From contig CAZELK010000002.1 in the NCBI GenBank assembly GCA_964513145.1, positions 32,001-96,000 of the forward strand: a stretch of DNA of 64,000 nt. The letters run 5' to 3'. A model generated the notes under the pieces. The model was not told where the DNA came from, did not search any database, and was given only the letters and a program-made list of their open reading frames with translations. The position numbers and the translations under genes are program-made. The stretch is from Candidatus Woesearchaeota archaeon. GTDB taxonomy: Archaea; Nanobdellota; Nanobdellia; SCGC-AAA011-G17; JACPIM01. The stretch's first letter is position 1; every line of letters starts with the position of its first letter. This document shows positions 1-9,357 of this stretch, piece after piece.

Positions 1-1307
1 AAAGCATATTTTCCATAATATTTTTGCCAGCCTTTTTCTAAAGTTATTGTTCCAGAAACAGAAAATAATTCGTTGTTTACATCAATATTTAAAGTATTAG
101 TTTGTTTTTTAGCAGGTTCGCCAAAAGTGCTTAAGAATCTTCTGACAATTAAATCATATAATTTAAATCCTTTTCCATCCACTTTAGCAAATTCCCCAGT
201 GGGATGCACGCTGGGATGGGCAGGATCAGATTTTTTTCCTTCATTTGGAATTAATACATTTTTATTCAACAATTCAGAACAAATTTCTTCATAATTATTG
301 TTTTTCTTTAATTTTTCAAATATTTTTTTAAAATTCAAAGCACTGGGCAGCTTTTGCGATGAAGTTCTGGGATAAGAAATATATCCATTTATATACAAAT
401 CTTGCGCAATACTTAAAGTTTCTTTGGGAGATATATGTAAAGTCCTGTATGCTTCTACTTGTAAAGAAGTTAAATCAAATGGATAGGGTGGTTCTTGTAA
501 AAACTCTCTTTTAGAAATTTTTTTAATAAATGCTTTATTTCCTTCAGTATTTTTTAAAATTGTTTCAGCTTCTTTCTTATCCCAAATATCTCCTTTAATA
601 TGCCCAGCAGTAAATTTATCTGATATTAAATTTACCAGCCAAAAGGGAACTGGTTTAAAATTTTGAATTTCCTTTTCTCTTTTTACAATTAAATTTAAGG
701 CTGGCCCCTGAACCCTTCCGCTTGACATTAATTTAAATGCTCCGGCGCTTTTTATTGCCAACGTCAAAGCTCTTGACATATTTATCCCCCATATCCAATC
801 CATAATATGCCTAGTTTCACCTGAGTAAGCTAAAGGAAAATCAAGATGTTTTTTAACATTTTTATAACTATCAATTAAATCATCTTTTGTTAAAGTTGAG
901 AACTCCATCCTCAACCCATCTTTTTTATTAAAAATATATCTTAAAATATTCCATCCAATAACTTCTCCCTCTAAATCCTTATCAGTAGCAACAATGAATT
1001 CATCAGCATCTTTACTTAATTCTTTTAGAAGATCAAAATATTTTTGTGTGTAAGCAGACTTTTTCTTAACCTTAAAACTTTCTCTCCATTCAACATCAAA
1101 AACAGGATACTTTGATCCTTCTTTCTTTTTTTCTGCTAAATTAAATAAATGTCCTACAGTACAACAGACAATAACTTTTTTTCCTTTTATTTGAATATTA
1201 TAATAAGGCACTCCATCTTCTTTGTAAGCTGTTACTTTGCCGTCAGCTAAAGAATCTGCTATTTTCAAAGCTGCTGATGGTTTCTCGCATAAAATTAATT
1301 GTGTCAT
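1..1307 (-). CDS. topA: DNA topoisomerase I (type IA), runs off the window start
   Basis: Not in the ORF track. Manual minus-strand translation from ATG 1307 gives MTQLILCEKPSAALKIADSL, the TOPRIM motif VATDKDLEGEVIG, SSGRVQGPAL and the active-site GYISYPRT. Confidence 0.96.
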   Translation of the reverse strand, partial: MTQLILCEKPSAALKIADSLADGKVTAYKEDGVPYYNIQIKGKKVIVCCTVGHLFNLAEKKKEGSKYPVFDVEWRESFKVKKKSAYTQKYFDLLKELSKDADEFIVATDKDLEGEVIGWNILRYIFNKKDGLRMEFSTLTKDDLIDSYKNVKKHLDFPLAYSGETRHIMDWIWGINMSRALTLAIKSAGAFKLMSSGRVQGPALNLIVKREKEIQNFKPVPFWLVNLISDKFTAGHIKGDIWDKKEAETILKNTEGNKAFIKKISKREFLQEPPYPFDLTSLQVEAYRTLHISPKETLSIAQDLYINGYISYPRTSSQKLPSALNFKKIFEKLKKNNNYEEICSELLNKNVLIPNEGKKSDPAHPSVHPTGEFAKVDGKGFKLYDLIVRRFLSTFGEPAKKQTNTLNIDVNNELFSVSGTITLEKGWQKYYGKYA

Positions 1308-1539
1308 AAAATGCCCAAATATAAGACATTTATTAAATTTTTGCTTAAAAGATTTTGTATAATTAACTAAGGCTAAGAAATTTGAGTAATCCAAAACCCC
1401 AAATTTTGGCAGTTTTAAATAAGAAAATTTTTCCAAAAGAAGTTTTATTTATAAATCCTTAATTAACTTTACAGAGCCGCTTAAAATCTAAAATAGAATG
1501 TAGAAAGATTTAAAGGGTTCTTATTATTATTTTTAAATA

Positions 1540-2292
1540 ATGAAATCTAAAATTATGAATTCTTATGAGACTTTTGGAGAAATATATTATGAATCAAGAA
1601 AGAAAAAAAATGGAATAAGCTATTTTTACAATGAAAATCTTGAGATGCCTGCAACTTTAAAATTATTAGGTAATGTTAAGGGAAAGAAGATTCTGGATGT
1701 TGGCTGCGGTCCGGGAATTTACGCCAGGATTCTTACTGAAGCAGGAGCGTCTGTAAAAGGCATAGATTTCTCTAAAAAATTTATATCAATTGCAAAAAAT
1801 GAAGCACCAAAAGCATTATTTACATTAGGGGATGCAGAAAAATTACCATACCAAAACAAAGAATTTGATATTGTTTTGTCAACATTAATGTTGGGCCATT
1901 TTGAAAATTGGGATAATATATTTTCTGAAATAAAGAGAGTTCTGAAAAATAATTGTATTTTCATATTTTCAATAAAAAACCCAATTACTTCCAGCATGCA
2001 AAAAAGAAAATGGTTCTTTAGATCATTCAGGGAAGTTGTTGATTACTTTAATGAAAAATGGGTTTCGAATAAATGGAGAAGGGAAAATAGGGGAAATACC
2101 ATAACATCTTATGTGTCAGAACATCATAAAACATACAGCACTATAATCAAGACAATTATAAAAAATAGTTTTGAGATTATTGATTATGAAGATGCAAGGC
2201 CTTTGTTAAAAGCAAAAAATCTATTCCCAAAAGAATACAAAAGAACAATTAATATGCCACATTTTTGTATATGGAAACTTAGAAAGAAATAA
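1540..2292 (+). CDS. Class I SAM-dependent methyltransferase
   Basis: Motif I ILDVGCGPG, post-I GIDFS, GDAEKLPY and FDIVLS. Confidence 0.9.
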   Translation: MKSKIMNSYETFGEIYYESRKKKNGISYFYNENLEMPATLKLLGNVKGKKILDVGCGPGIYARILTEAGASVKGIDFSKKFISIAKNEAPKALFTLGDAEKLPYQNKEFDIVLSTLMLGHFENWDNIFSEIKRVLKNNCIFIFSIKNPITSSMQKRKWFFRSFREVVDYFNEKWVSNKWRRENRGNTITSYVSEHHKTYSTIIKTIIKNSFEIIDYEDARPLLKAKNLFPKEYKRTINMPHFCIWKLRKK

Positions 2293-2324
2293 ATTATCCT
2301 ATTACTAAATTACTATTTTTTGTA

Positions 2325-2365
2325 AAACTTCTTTTAGTCCTTGATTAAACTTTTTCTAAGGGTTT
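2325..2365 (-). repeat. Hairpin micro-element copy in the tRNA-Ile 3' trailer
   Basis: aaacccttagaaaaagtttaatcaaggactaaaagaagttt matches 47437-47477 (tRNA-Gly intron 2) at 36/41 positions by manual alignment. Confidence 0.85.
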
Positions 2366-2369
2366 AAAA

Positions 2370-2488
2370 TGGGCCCGATCAGATTTGAACTGACGGCCGC
2401 TCGATTATCAGTCGAGTGCTCCAATTGTCCATACTTTTAGTTTTGCCAAAGCTTTTCCTAAAAGCTTTCCAGACTAAGCTACGGGCCC
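2370..2488 (-). tRNA. tRNA-Ile(GAT) with a 44-nt D-loop intron (2425-2468, about position 19/20)
   Basis: Acceptor GGGCCCG, anticodon arm CTCGA-CT-GAT-AA-TCGAG, T-loop TTCAAAT. BHB: GTCT-GG|A pairs with GGAC-AA|T. No encoded CCA. Confidence 0.93.
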
Positions 2489-2540
2489 ATAAAGGAAACA
2501 CAATTATTTCATTTATTAAATTTTGCATATAAAAATTGAT

Positions 2541-2924
2541 TTAAAAATCAGTTAATTTAGAAAGTCTTCCTGAAACTTTGCCAGTAAAATACCTTGAGTC
2601 TTTTGGGATAAGGGGCACATAAACAGGATCTAGCTCTATTCCTAAATATCTGGCTTTGGTATAAATATGGCCTAGAGCATAGCAATAAGAATCACGTACA
2701 ATTTTATTAGCTTGCCTGAAAACAGCGATTTCACAAATTAAATCTTCAACAAATCCCCGCATTTTTTGCTCTATATTATTCATCTTCCTATTAACAGATA
2801 ATTTAGCAAGATCATACCTTCCTTCAGTCTTATGTTTAGTAATTTGAAATGATTTAGATTGTTTCAATTTTGTAACTAAATCATCTATTGAAGTTATCCT
2901 TGATTTAAGTTCTTTTTTATCCAT
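2541..2924 (-). CDS. Hypothetical protein (127 aa)
   Basis: Clean ORF with no recognised motif. Confidence 0.6.
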   Translation of the reverse strand: MDKKELKSRITSIDDLVTKLKQSKSFQITKHKTEGRYDLAKLSVNRKMNNIEQKMRGFVEDLICEIAVFRQANKIVRDSYCYALGHIYTKARYLGIELDPVYVPLIPKDSRYFTGKVSGRLSKLTDF

Positions 2925-2950
2925 AAACCCAATATAAAAAAGAAAGGCTT

Positions 2951-3112
2951 TTAATCCTTCCTTTTTTTCGTTCTAAAAGCCCTTATTAAATCATCAGGGC
3001 ATCTGGTTGTTTTATAGCAATTAGGGCAGATTAAGATAGGGTTATCAGCATCAAACTTATAAGGTCCCATAAAATTGTGGCATCCACATTTACATGTAAA
3101 TTCATATTCCAT
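2951..3112 (-). CDS. Small Cys-rich zinc-ribbon-like protein (53 aa)
   Basis: Manual translation MEYEFTCKCGCHNFMGPYKFDADNPILICPNCYKTTRCPDDLIRAFRTKKRKD, with CxC and CxxC motifs. Below the ORF-track cutoff. Confidence 0.7.
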   Translation of the reverse strand: MEYEFTCKCGCHNFMGPYKFDADNPILICPNCYKTTRCPDDLIRAFRTKKRKD

Positions 3113-3254
3113 TATTAATAAAAATCAAACTAATTATTTAAAGAAAAGCTGTATAAATTAATACTTTATTTTCTAAAAAATACAGATGCATATATTTTTG
3201 TTAAAAACTTTCAAAATAAAATTTTGTACTACTATTAAATTATTACTTCTACTA

Positions 3255-3296
3255 TTTATAAATACCACTGGACAAAACCTACTGGACAAGACAAAG
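3255..3296 (+). promoter_or_regulatory. TATA-like box followed by an ACTGGACAA direct repeat (putative operator)
   Basis: TTTATAAATA at 3255-3264, ACTGGACAA at 3267-3275 and 3281-3289, plus a partial GACAAAGAC. Confidence 0.45.
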
Positions 3297-3394
3297 ACCT
3301 GCCTAGCACTTTTAAAGTAAATTATCTTTTTACAATATAAGAAAAAGTTAAAAACATTTTGTCAAACTTTTTCAAAAAAATCGGAGGTACTAAA

Positions 3395-3604
3395 ATGATA
3401 ATGCAATTATTAAGCAAAAAAGAAGACAAATACATGAGTTGGGAAGAGTATAAAAAAAGGATGATAGAAATGCAGGTAATACATCTTATAGAGCAGTTCA
3501 TCAAACAAGATTCAAGTTATAGTTATGATGATCTAGAAAATTTAGACATAGCAAGATTTAAACAAATTGGGGGTGTTAAAAATGCAGGGAATATATTCGA
3601 ATGA
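3395..3604 (+). CDS. Hypothetical protein (69 aa)
   Basis: GGAGGT Shine-Dalgarno before ATG 3395, so this start is preferred over 3359. Confidence 0.6.
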   Translation: MIMQLLSKKEDKYMSWEEYKKRMIEMQVIHLIEQFIKQDSSYSYDDLENLDIARFKQIGGVKNAGNIFE

Positions 3605-3695
3605 GTTTAGGGAAGAGTTAATAGATGATGATGAGATCTCAGCAGAAGAATATTTTTTTATGCTTGGATATGAATCTGAAGATTTAGATTTTTAA
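3582..3695 (+). CDS. Acidic micro-protein (37 aa), paralog of 56678-56821
   Basis: MQGIYSNEFREELIDDDEISAEEYFFMLGYESEDLDF, with a GGGGGTG SD 6 nt upstream. Confidence 0.75.
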   Translation: MQGIYSNEFREELIDDDEISAEEYFFMLGYESEDLDF

Positions 3696-3730
3696 ATTTT
3701 ATTTTTTTATTTAATTTATAAAAATTAAAA

Positions 3731-4024
3731 ATGAATGAATTAAATTTTAAAGATAAATTTGAGAAAAATATAATCCTAACACTAGAACGAATAAAACATA
3801 TAAGTCTTCATATTCAAGTAAATAATTATATTTCAATCATTGAGAATACGTTAAAATATCCGGAGATTTTATCAAAAGACTCTGAAAAAAATATATATTA
3901 TTACCAAAAATATTTAAAGTTAGAGAACATATATTTTATAATAGTAGTTAAACTTACTAATGAAGAGGGTTCGATAATAACAGTTTATAAAATGCAAAAC
4001 CAAAAAAATGAAACAAAAAATTAA
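3731..4024 (+). CDS. Putative toxin (RelE/PBECR-like nuclease fold), partner of DUF2283
   Basis: LTLERIKHI...TLKYPE...IIVVK...GSIITVY pattern, overlapping the DUF2283-like gene. Confidence 0.55.
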   Translation: MNELNFKDKFEKNIILTLERIKHISLHIQVNNYISIIENTLKYPEILSKDSEKNIYYYQKYLKLENIYFIIVVKLTNEEGSIITVYKMQNQKNETKN

Positions 4025-4226
4025 AATATTGTATGATGAGGAAGGCGATTATTTAGAAATAAATTTAAGGAAAACTAAAGATACTTATTTTGATGAAATA
4101 AAAAAAGATTTTGCTCGAATTTTAGAAACAAAAACAAATAAAATTGTAGGTTATGCAGTTTTTAATTTTACAAAACAAAAAAACAAACCTATTGAAATCG
4201 AGATACCGACCGTAATTTCAGCTTAG
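4008..4226 (+). CDS. DUF2283-family protein (putative antitoxin)
   Basis: ILYDEEGDYLEI...KIVGYAVFNF pattern. Confidence 0.75.
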   Translation: MKQKIKILYDEEGDYLEINLRKTKDTYFDEIKKDFARILETKTNKIVGYAVFNFTKQKNKPIEIEIPTVISA

Positions 4227-4230
4227 AAAA

Positions 4231-5316
4231 TTAATCTAAAAAGTCTTTATTTTTAATTTTTTCAGGTAAGTATTTCTCAGAAATAAAACTTATACCTTTA
4301 GAAGTAAGGGACTGAATTTCTACTTTAGCTTCGAATTCTTTCATCATCTTAAATTGTCTTTGCCATTCTTTATTATCTTTAAACCAAGCATATTCTGAAA
4401 CTTGTTTAATTCTTGCATAATCTTTTTCATCTAATTTAATGAAGTGTTTTTTAAGATCGTATTTGATAACATCATCCATAGTGATACCAACATATTTTAC
4501 GCCCGGAATTGTTAATCTTCCTGACGCATGAGACAGCGCGATGCTGCCGTATTTAATTACGGAGTAAATATATGCACCGTAAATGTCCCCGTCACAGAGT
4601 ACATAAACTGGTAGCTTATGTTCTTCATATAATCTTTGTAATAATCTTCTAATTCCTCTTGTAGTTTGACCTTGTGAAGAAATTATAATACAATCATTTT
4701 TTTCCCAGAATTTATCTTCCTGCAAACGTTCCCAAACAGCTGCTTTTTCCATATAAAGAACATATTTAGCATTTACTTTCTTAAATATGATTTCATCAGT
4801 GATAGATGGGACACTCCACCCCCCACTACCCATTTTACTTAAGTCAATAGTATCTCCTTTATCTTCAATTACAACTTTTCCAGCTACACTTCCCATTTTA
4901 TTAGCAGCTACATGTAATTGTTCCCTGGAAAAATCAGTAATGACTTCTAAATCTTCAATAGCTTTGTCAGATTCGGTTTGATCATCAACTAGATTAATAT
5001 TTGTGCCTGGTATAGTTCTCTTTACCATGTAAAATACATCTCTTAAACTTGAATGTTTGCCAGAACTCAATAATTCATTTTTTATAACAGAGGCAACTTC
5101 AACAGTCTGTAAAAATTTCTTGGAATGTGCAACATTAAAGAAGCTCCTGGAAGACATTTTGTCTCCTAATTTTAGTATTTTTTGTTTAGTATCATAAACT
5201 ATATTGCTTAAATTTCTTAAGCTCATTTCAATTTCAGGATTTTTTCCTTTTTTAATTTGATCAACTATCTTATTGCCAAAATCTTCCAAAACTTTTTTTG
5301 ATTTATTTTCTGCCAT
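4231..5316 (-). CDS. top6A: DNA topoisomerase VI subunit A
   Basis: SLRDVFY active-site Tyr, MEKAAV and DGDIYG TOPRIM motifs. Confidence 0.97.
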   Translation of the reverse strand: MAENKSKKVLEDFGNKIVDQIKKGKNPEIEMSLRNLSNIVYDTKQKILKLGDKMSSRSFFNVAHSKKFLQTVEVASVIKNELLSSGKHSSLRDVFYMVKRTIPGTNINLVDDQTESDKAIEDLEVITDFSREQLHVAANKMGSVAGKVVIEDKGDTIDLSKMGSGGWSVPSITDEIIFKKVNAKYVLYMEKAAVWERLQEDKFWEKNDCIIISSQGQTTRGIRRLLQRLYEEHKLPVYVLCDGDIYGAYIYSVIKYGSIALSHASGRLTIPGVKYVGITMDDVIKYDLKKHFIKLDEKDYARIKQVSEYAWFKDNKEWQRQFKMMKEFEAKVEIQSLTSKGISFISEKYLPEKIKNKDFLD

Positions 5317-5318
5317 AA

Positions 5319-7040
5319 TTATTTGCCAAGCTTGGTTTGTCTATCCTTGCCAGATTTTTTCTTTTCTTTGCCTTTCTTTGTTTCTTTCTTATTATCTTCC
5401 ATTAACTCTTTTTGTTCTTCCATATCTTGCTTGATTTCTTCTTTTAACTCTTTATTTTCAACACTGCTTAACAATTCTTTCATATTTTTATGAAGTATTT
5501 TTGTAAGTTCCTCAGTTAGAATATTTTCTTTTTCATTAGTTAACATACTTAAAGCCCTGGATAATTCTGGAATATATTTGATAAATAAATCTATTTTTTC
5601 TTTTTGCTCTTTAGCTTTGACATTTTTCCTGATAAATATTCCTAGTCTTCTTCCGCATTCTTGCAATCCCAATTTAATTTCTTTAATTATATCTTCATAA
5701 TGGGCAATTGCGTCCTTGCTTTCAGATGTAAATGGCACCCATACAGATGCCATGTGGACAACTAATACTAAAGGTCCGTAAGGTAATGATCCTGAACTTT
5801 GCTGTAATCCATAAGGTCTCCAATTTATGTTTTGAACACTTTCAGTAATTGCACATGCGCCTTGTTGATATAATAAGGGAACCCTGTTTGCAAATCTCAT
5901 TAATCTGACTTGTCCTTCTTTTTCTAAATCTCCCCCAAATGCACAGCTCACTTCTATGGCAAAGGGTCTTCCTTTGTAAACTACAGGGCTTCTTGAAACA
6001 GCAGTATAAAAATCAGCATTAATTTCTTTTTTCAACCCTTTAACTAATAATTCTTCTCCAATTGGGCTGATGCAATTAGTAGGCGGAGCAATTATTTTTG
6101 TGTTCTGCATTGATTTATACAAACTTTCACTTTGTGCAAGATCTAACTCTTCTGGTTTTAATTTTGCATCCAATATTGCTTTATCACAAATCTCTTTTGC
6201 AGTTACAGAGCTAATCCTTGAAAAATCATTTTGTAAAAAAGAGCTTAATGTTCGTGACTCTGTGTTTTTCAGCATTTTAATTAAAATACCTAATTCAATG
6301 CCATAAGGATGCGGCTTAATTTCCTGTGCTTCAACAGGCAGTTCGTTAGTTGCCCTAGGATACTCAACTTTCTCATTTAAAGGATTTATATAAACAATTC
6401 TAGCATGCGGGTTTACAATTGCAGTTTGTTTTAAATATTCGTCAACACTTTGTTTTCCTTTTTGGTACTTTCCTTCTAATTCAAGTTCTACCTTGGTTCC
6501 ATGATCTTTATTCCAGTCAAAATTTTCCTCTTTAACAATTTCAGGTTCATTTTTTACTGTGTCAATATGCAGCCAATAATGATGTGCTTTTTGTTTAGGT
6601 CCGATTTTGGAAGTTATAATAACTGGTTTTCCAGTAGTTAATTGAGAATATAAAACAGCAGCGCTTATCCCAATTCCTTGCTGTCCTCTTTGCATTTTCA
6701 TAGCATGAAACTTGCTTCCATATAATAATTTTGCAAAAATTCTCGGAATTTGTTCTTTTACAATCCCAGGTCCATTATCTTCAACTATAATTTTAAACCT
6801 GCTTTCAGATAATTGTTTTATTTCGACAAAGATTTCGGGTAGTATCTTCATTTCTTGAGCTGCGTCAAGAGAATTATCGCAAGCTTCTTTAATTGCCATC
6901 AAAATTGCTTTAGCTGGACTATCAAAACCTAGTAAATGCCTGTTTTTGGTAAAAAATTCAGAAACTGATATTTCACGTTGCTTCTTTGCAAGCTCTTCAG
7001 CTTTAATCACTTCTTTTATTTCACTATCCTTTGACATCAT
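5319..7040 (-). CDS. top6B: DNA topoisomerase VI subunit B
   Basis: GHKL motifs KEACDNSLDA, EDNGPGI and QRGQQGIG, plus RFANRVPL. Confidence 0.98.
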   Translation of the reverse strand: MMSKDSEIKEVIKAEELAKKQREISVSEFFTKNRHLLGFDSPAKAILMAIKEACDNSLDAAQEMKILPEIFVEIKQLSESRFKIIVEDNGPGIVKEQIPRIFAKLLYGSKFHAMKMQRGQQGIGISAAVLYSQLTTGKPVIITSKIGPKQKAHHYWLHIDTVKNEPEIVKEENFDWNKDHGTKVELELEGKYQKGKQSVDEYLKQTAIVNPHARIVYINPLNEKVEYPRATNELPVEAQEIKPHPYGIELGILIKMLKNTESRTLSSFLQNDFSRISSVTAKEICDKAILDAKLKPEELDLAQSESLYKSMQNTKIIAPPTNCISPIGEELLVKGLKKEINADFYTAVSRSPVVYKGRPFAIEVSCAFGGDLEKEGQVRLMRFANRVPLLYQQGACAITESVQNINWRPYGLQQSSGSLPYGPLVLVVHMASVWVPFTSESKDAIAHYEDIIKEIKLGLQECGRRLGIFIRKNVKAKEQKEKIDLFIKYIPELSRALSMLTNEKENILTEELTKILHKNMKELLSSVENKELKEEIKQDMEEQKELMEDNKKETKKGKEKKKSGKDRQTKLGK

Positions 7041-7296
7041 GATTGAAAAAAATTATTTATTTATAAAGTTTTGTTTTTAAGCAGGTTAGGCAATTTTATA
7101 AAAATATTTTAATATATCAAAAATATGGGCTCTGATAAACAGACAAATTTATTTTTCAGAAGAAAATATTTAATTGATATTAATTATGTTAATTATTATT
7201 GGAGTAAAAATAGATTATATTAATAGCTGCAGTTGACAAAGATATACATTATCACATAATGCACACCATCTTAGAAATTGATTCGGAAATTTTATA

Positions 7297-7809
7297 CTAA
7301 AGTTCGTCTATTTTACTAAGTTCTCTTTCCATGTATTTGTAAGCATTTCCATGAGGCGCTCCCCTTAATAAAATTTCCATTCCTCTTTTGGCGATATCAA
7401 CTTGTATTATTTTGCCTATAATAGAAACAGTTTTTCCATAAATAACAATATTAGTATCAGTTAAATTTTCTACTGCTTCTCTTGCCTTTCCCTCTTTTCC
7501 AATAATCCTTGCTTTTAATCTCTCAAATTTCTTCTTGGATTTTCCTGTAAAATCTTTTATATTTATAATCTCAATGCAAAATTCATCTTTTAATAAATTC
7601 TTGGCAACTGAAGGGTTAAAACCACGGCCAACTGCCTTTACAATAAGATTGGCGTCATAAACTCCAATACCCTCTCCTTCAATAAAAACTCCGCCTTCTT
7701 TATCAACAGTTATCTTTGTATGTGTATCTCTCTCTATTGATTTCTTTACTTCTCCATTCTTTCCAATTAAAACTCCAACCCTTTCTTTGGGTATTCTTAA
7801 GTCATGCAT
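7297..7809 (-). CDS. KH-domain rRNA-processing protein (Dim2/Pno1 homolog)
   Basis: IGKNGEVK and RIIGKEGKAR KH motifs, AVGRGF, GAPHGNAY. Confidence 0.92.
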   Translation of the reverse strand: MHDLRIPKERVGVLIGKNGEVKKSIERDTHTKITVDKEGGVFIEGEGIGVYDANLIVKAVGRGFNPSVAKNLLKDEFCIEIINIKDFTGKSKKKFERLKARIIGKEGKAREAVENLTDTNIVIYGKTVSIIGKIIQVDIAKRGMEILLRGAPHGNAYKYMERELSKIDEL

Positions 7810-7813
7810 TTTT

Positions 7814-8158
7814 CTAGAATTCTTCTACATTTTCCAGCTTCTTAATATAATTCTTTTGTTTTAGCCATTCAATTTGAGATGGCCTGTATTTAAAAATTAT
7901 GTCTCCTTTTTCATCTCCACCTAAAGCCCAAGGTTCAACTAAAACATAATCTCCTTCTCTTAGCCATAATTTTCTTTTTAGTCTTCCTGGAATTCTGCAT
8001 ATTCTTACTTTTCCATCAAAACATTTCACTCTCATTCTACTGGCACCAAGTCTTTGGTCTAGCAACCCTATACTCTGGTTGCCTCTTGGTAATTTAACCC
8101 TTGAAATCTCGCTCTGTATTTCTTCTTGCTTTGCTAGCTCGTCGCTTTTCTTGCTCAT
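7814..8158 (-). CDS. eif1a: Translation initiation factor aIF-1A
   Basis: LGASRMRVKCFDGKVRICRIPGRLKRKLWLREGD. Confidence 0.96.
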   Translation of the reverse strand: MSKKSDELAKQEEIQSEISRVKLPRGNQSIGLLDQRLGASRMRVKCFDGKVRICRIPGRLKRKLWLREGDYVLVEPWALGGDEKGDIIFKYRPSQIEWLKQKNYIKKLENVEEF

Positions 8159-8195
8159 ATATTAAGATTTAATTAACAAATGTTTATAAAAGTTC

Positions 8196-9038
8196 TTATT
8201 CCCTATTGATAATATAGAAAATTTCATTTTCAGTGTCAAGTCTTTCATAATTTAAATTTATTTTACCCAATAAATTTACAAACCATTTCCTTTCTATGTT
8301 TCTCATATTTTTCAAAGAAATAGTTTTTTTAGAAAAACTTACAACTAAGTATTTGCAGTTTATATTGTCAATTAAATTATTGAAGAAAATTATCCTCTTA
8401 TTGGCCAGATCTAAAAACTTAAATAAAAAACATACATCTGCTTTTTCATAATTAAAATAATCAACTATATTTCTAACTCTCGCCTTGCCGAAAATTCCGA
8501 ATTTGGAAACTTCCTTAAAATAATTGTTTAAAAAATCAACATCACTCTTGCTTATATCATATGCAAAATAATTTCCTTTAAATTGGCTTAATATAATTGA
8601 ACATGGATTCAAGCCGCAAGCCAGATCTAATATTGATTTAGGCTTTCCAGTAATATTGAAAATAAGATTATAAACTTTTGAATAATTCTCAAGTCTTTCT
8701 CTTGAAGAAGTGTGCAGTTTTAAAATCTCTTTGGATAGCTTTTTTATTGCGTCTAAATTTTCTGTTTTTTGTAATTCTACTAGCAACTTATTTTTCTTAG
8801 ATTGTTTCTTTATTTGAAAAACCCCATAATTTTTATACAATTGCTTTCTGATTTCTTTAGTTAATTGTTTAAATTTTTTATTCTTAATAATTAAATCTAA
8901 ATCTTTTTTAAAAAGTCCATTAAAATAATCATTTTTTAAGTATTTGGATAAAATAGTTGATACATAAGAATCATCAATCCCAAAATTTTTCTTTCCCTTA
9001 ATCAAAAAAATTAACTTCTGAATCTTGTTTTTCTTCAT
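8196..9038 (-). CDS. ArmA/RmtB/FmrO-like 16S rRNA (guanine-N7) methyltransferase homolog
   Basis: LHTSSRERL, ILDLACGLNP, AYDI, DVCFLFK, VVSFSKKTIS and WF...ENEIFY follow the motif order of the ArmA/Rmt family. Confidence 0.82.
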   Translation of the reverse strand: MKKNKIQKLIFLIKGKKNFGIDDSYVSTILSKYLKNDYFNGLFKKDLDLIIKNKKFKQLTKEIRKQLYKNYGVFQIKKQSKKNKLLVELQKTENLDAIKKLSKEILKLHTSSRERLENYSKVYNLIFNITGKPKSILDLACGLNPCSIILSQFKGNYFAYDISKSDVDFLNNYFKEVSKFGIFGKARVRNIVDYFNYEKADVCFLFKFLDLANKRIIFFNNLIDNINCKYLVVSFSKKTISLKNMRNIERKWFVNLLGKINLNYERLDTENEIFYIINRE

Positions 9039-9357
9039 TTAATCTAAAACAAACAGTAACCCTATAAATATCCTTGCTTGACATCTTGTCTCTGGTATGC
9101 AGTTTTCTGCTTAAAATTAATTTGCCTTTAAAACTTCTCTTCAGCTTCTGTCCCAAAGCCCTGGCAAATCTCTGGTCACTCAAATAAATATCAACACCAG
9201 TTTTTAAATTAATCTCTTTGGCAATAAAAACATTTTTTCTTTCTGAAATTCTATCTAAAACAAACTTATAGAGTTTTTCATCCCTGGGTCTTAGCTGTAT
9301 AATAGCTTGAAAATAACCATGATGTTTATCTGGATCATAATCTGACGCCTTGAGCAT
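8998..9357 (-). CDS. Short NMD3-related protein
   Basis: YFQAIIQLR...GVDIYLSD...ARALG...YRVTV resembles the central NMD3 domain; no N-terminal Zn fingers. Confidence 0.75.
   Translation of the reverse strand: MLKASDYDPDKHHGYFQAIIQLRPRDEKLYKFVLDRISERKNVFIAKEINLKTGVDIYLSDQRFARALGQKLKRSFKGKLILSRKLHTRDKMSSKDIYRVTVCFRLNEEKQDSEVNFFD

Noticed and set aside
2370-4230. Integrated provirus or plasmid at tRNA-Ile or tRNA-Phe
   Set aside because: No integrase, no duplicated tRNA 3' end (att site) and no viral hallmark genes.
7125-7300. Short plus-strand ORF fragments between top6B and Dim2
   Set aside because: Pieces lie in different frames with multiple stops; at most a decayed remnant, and no product can be supported.
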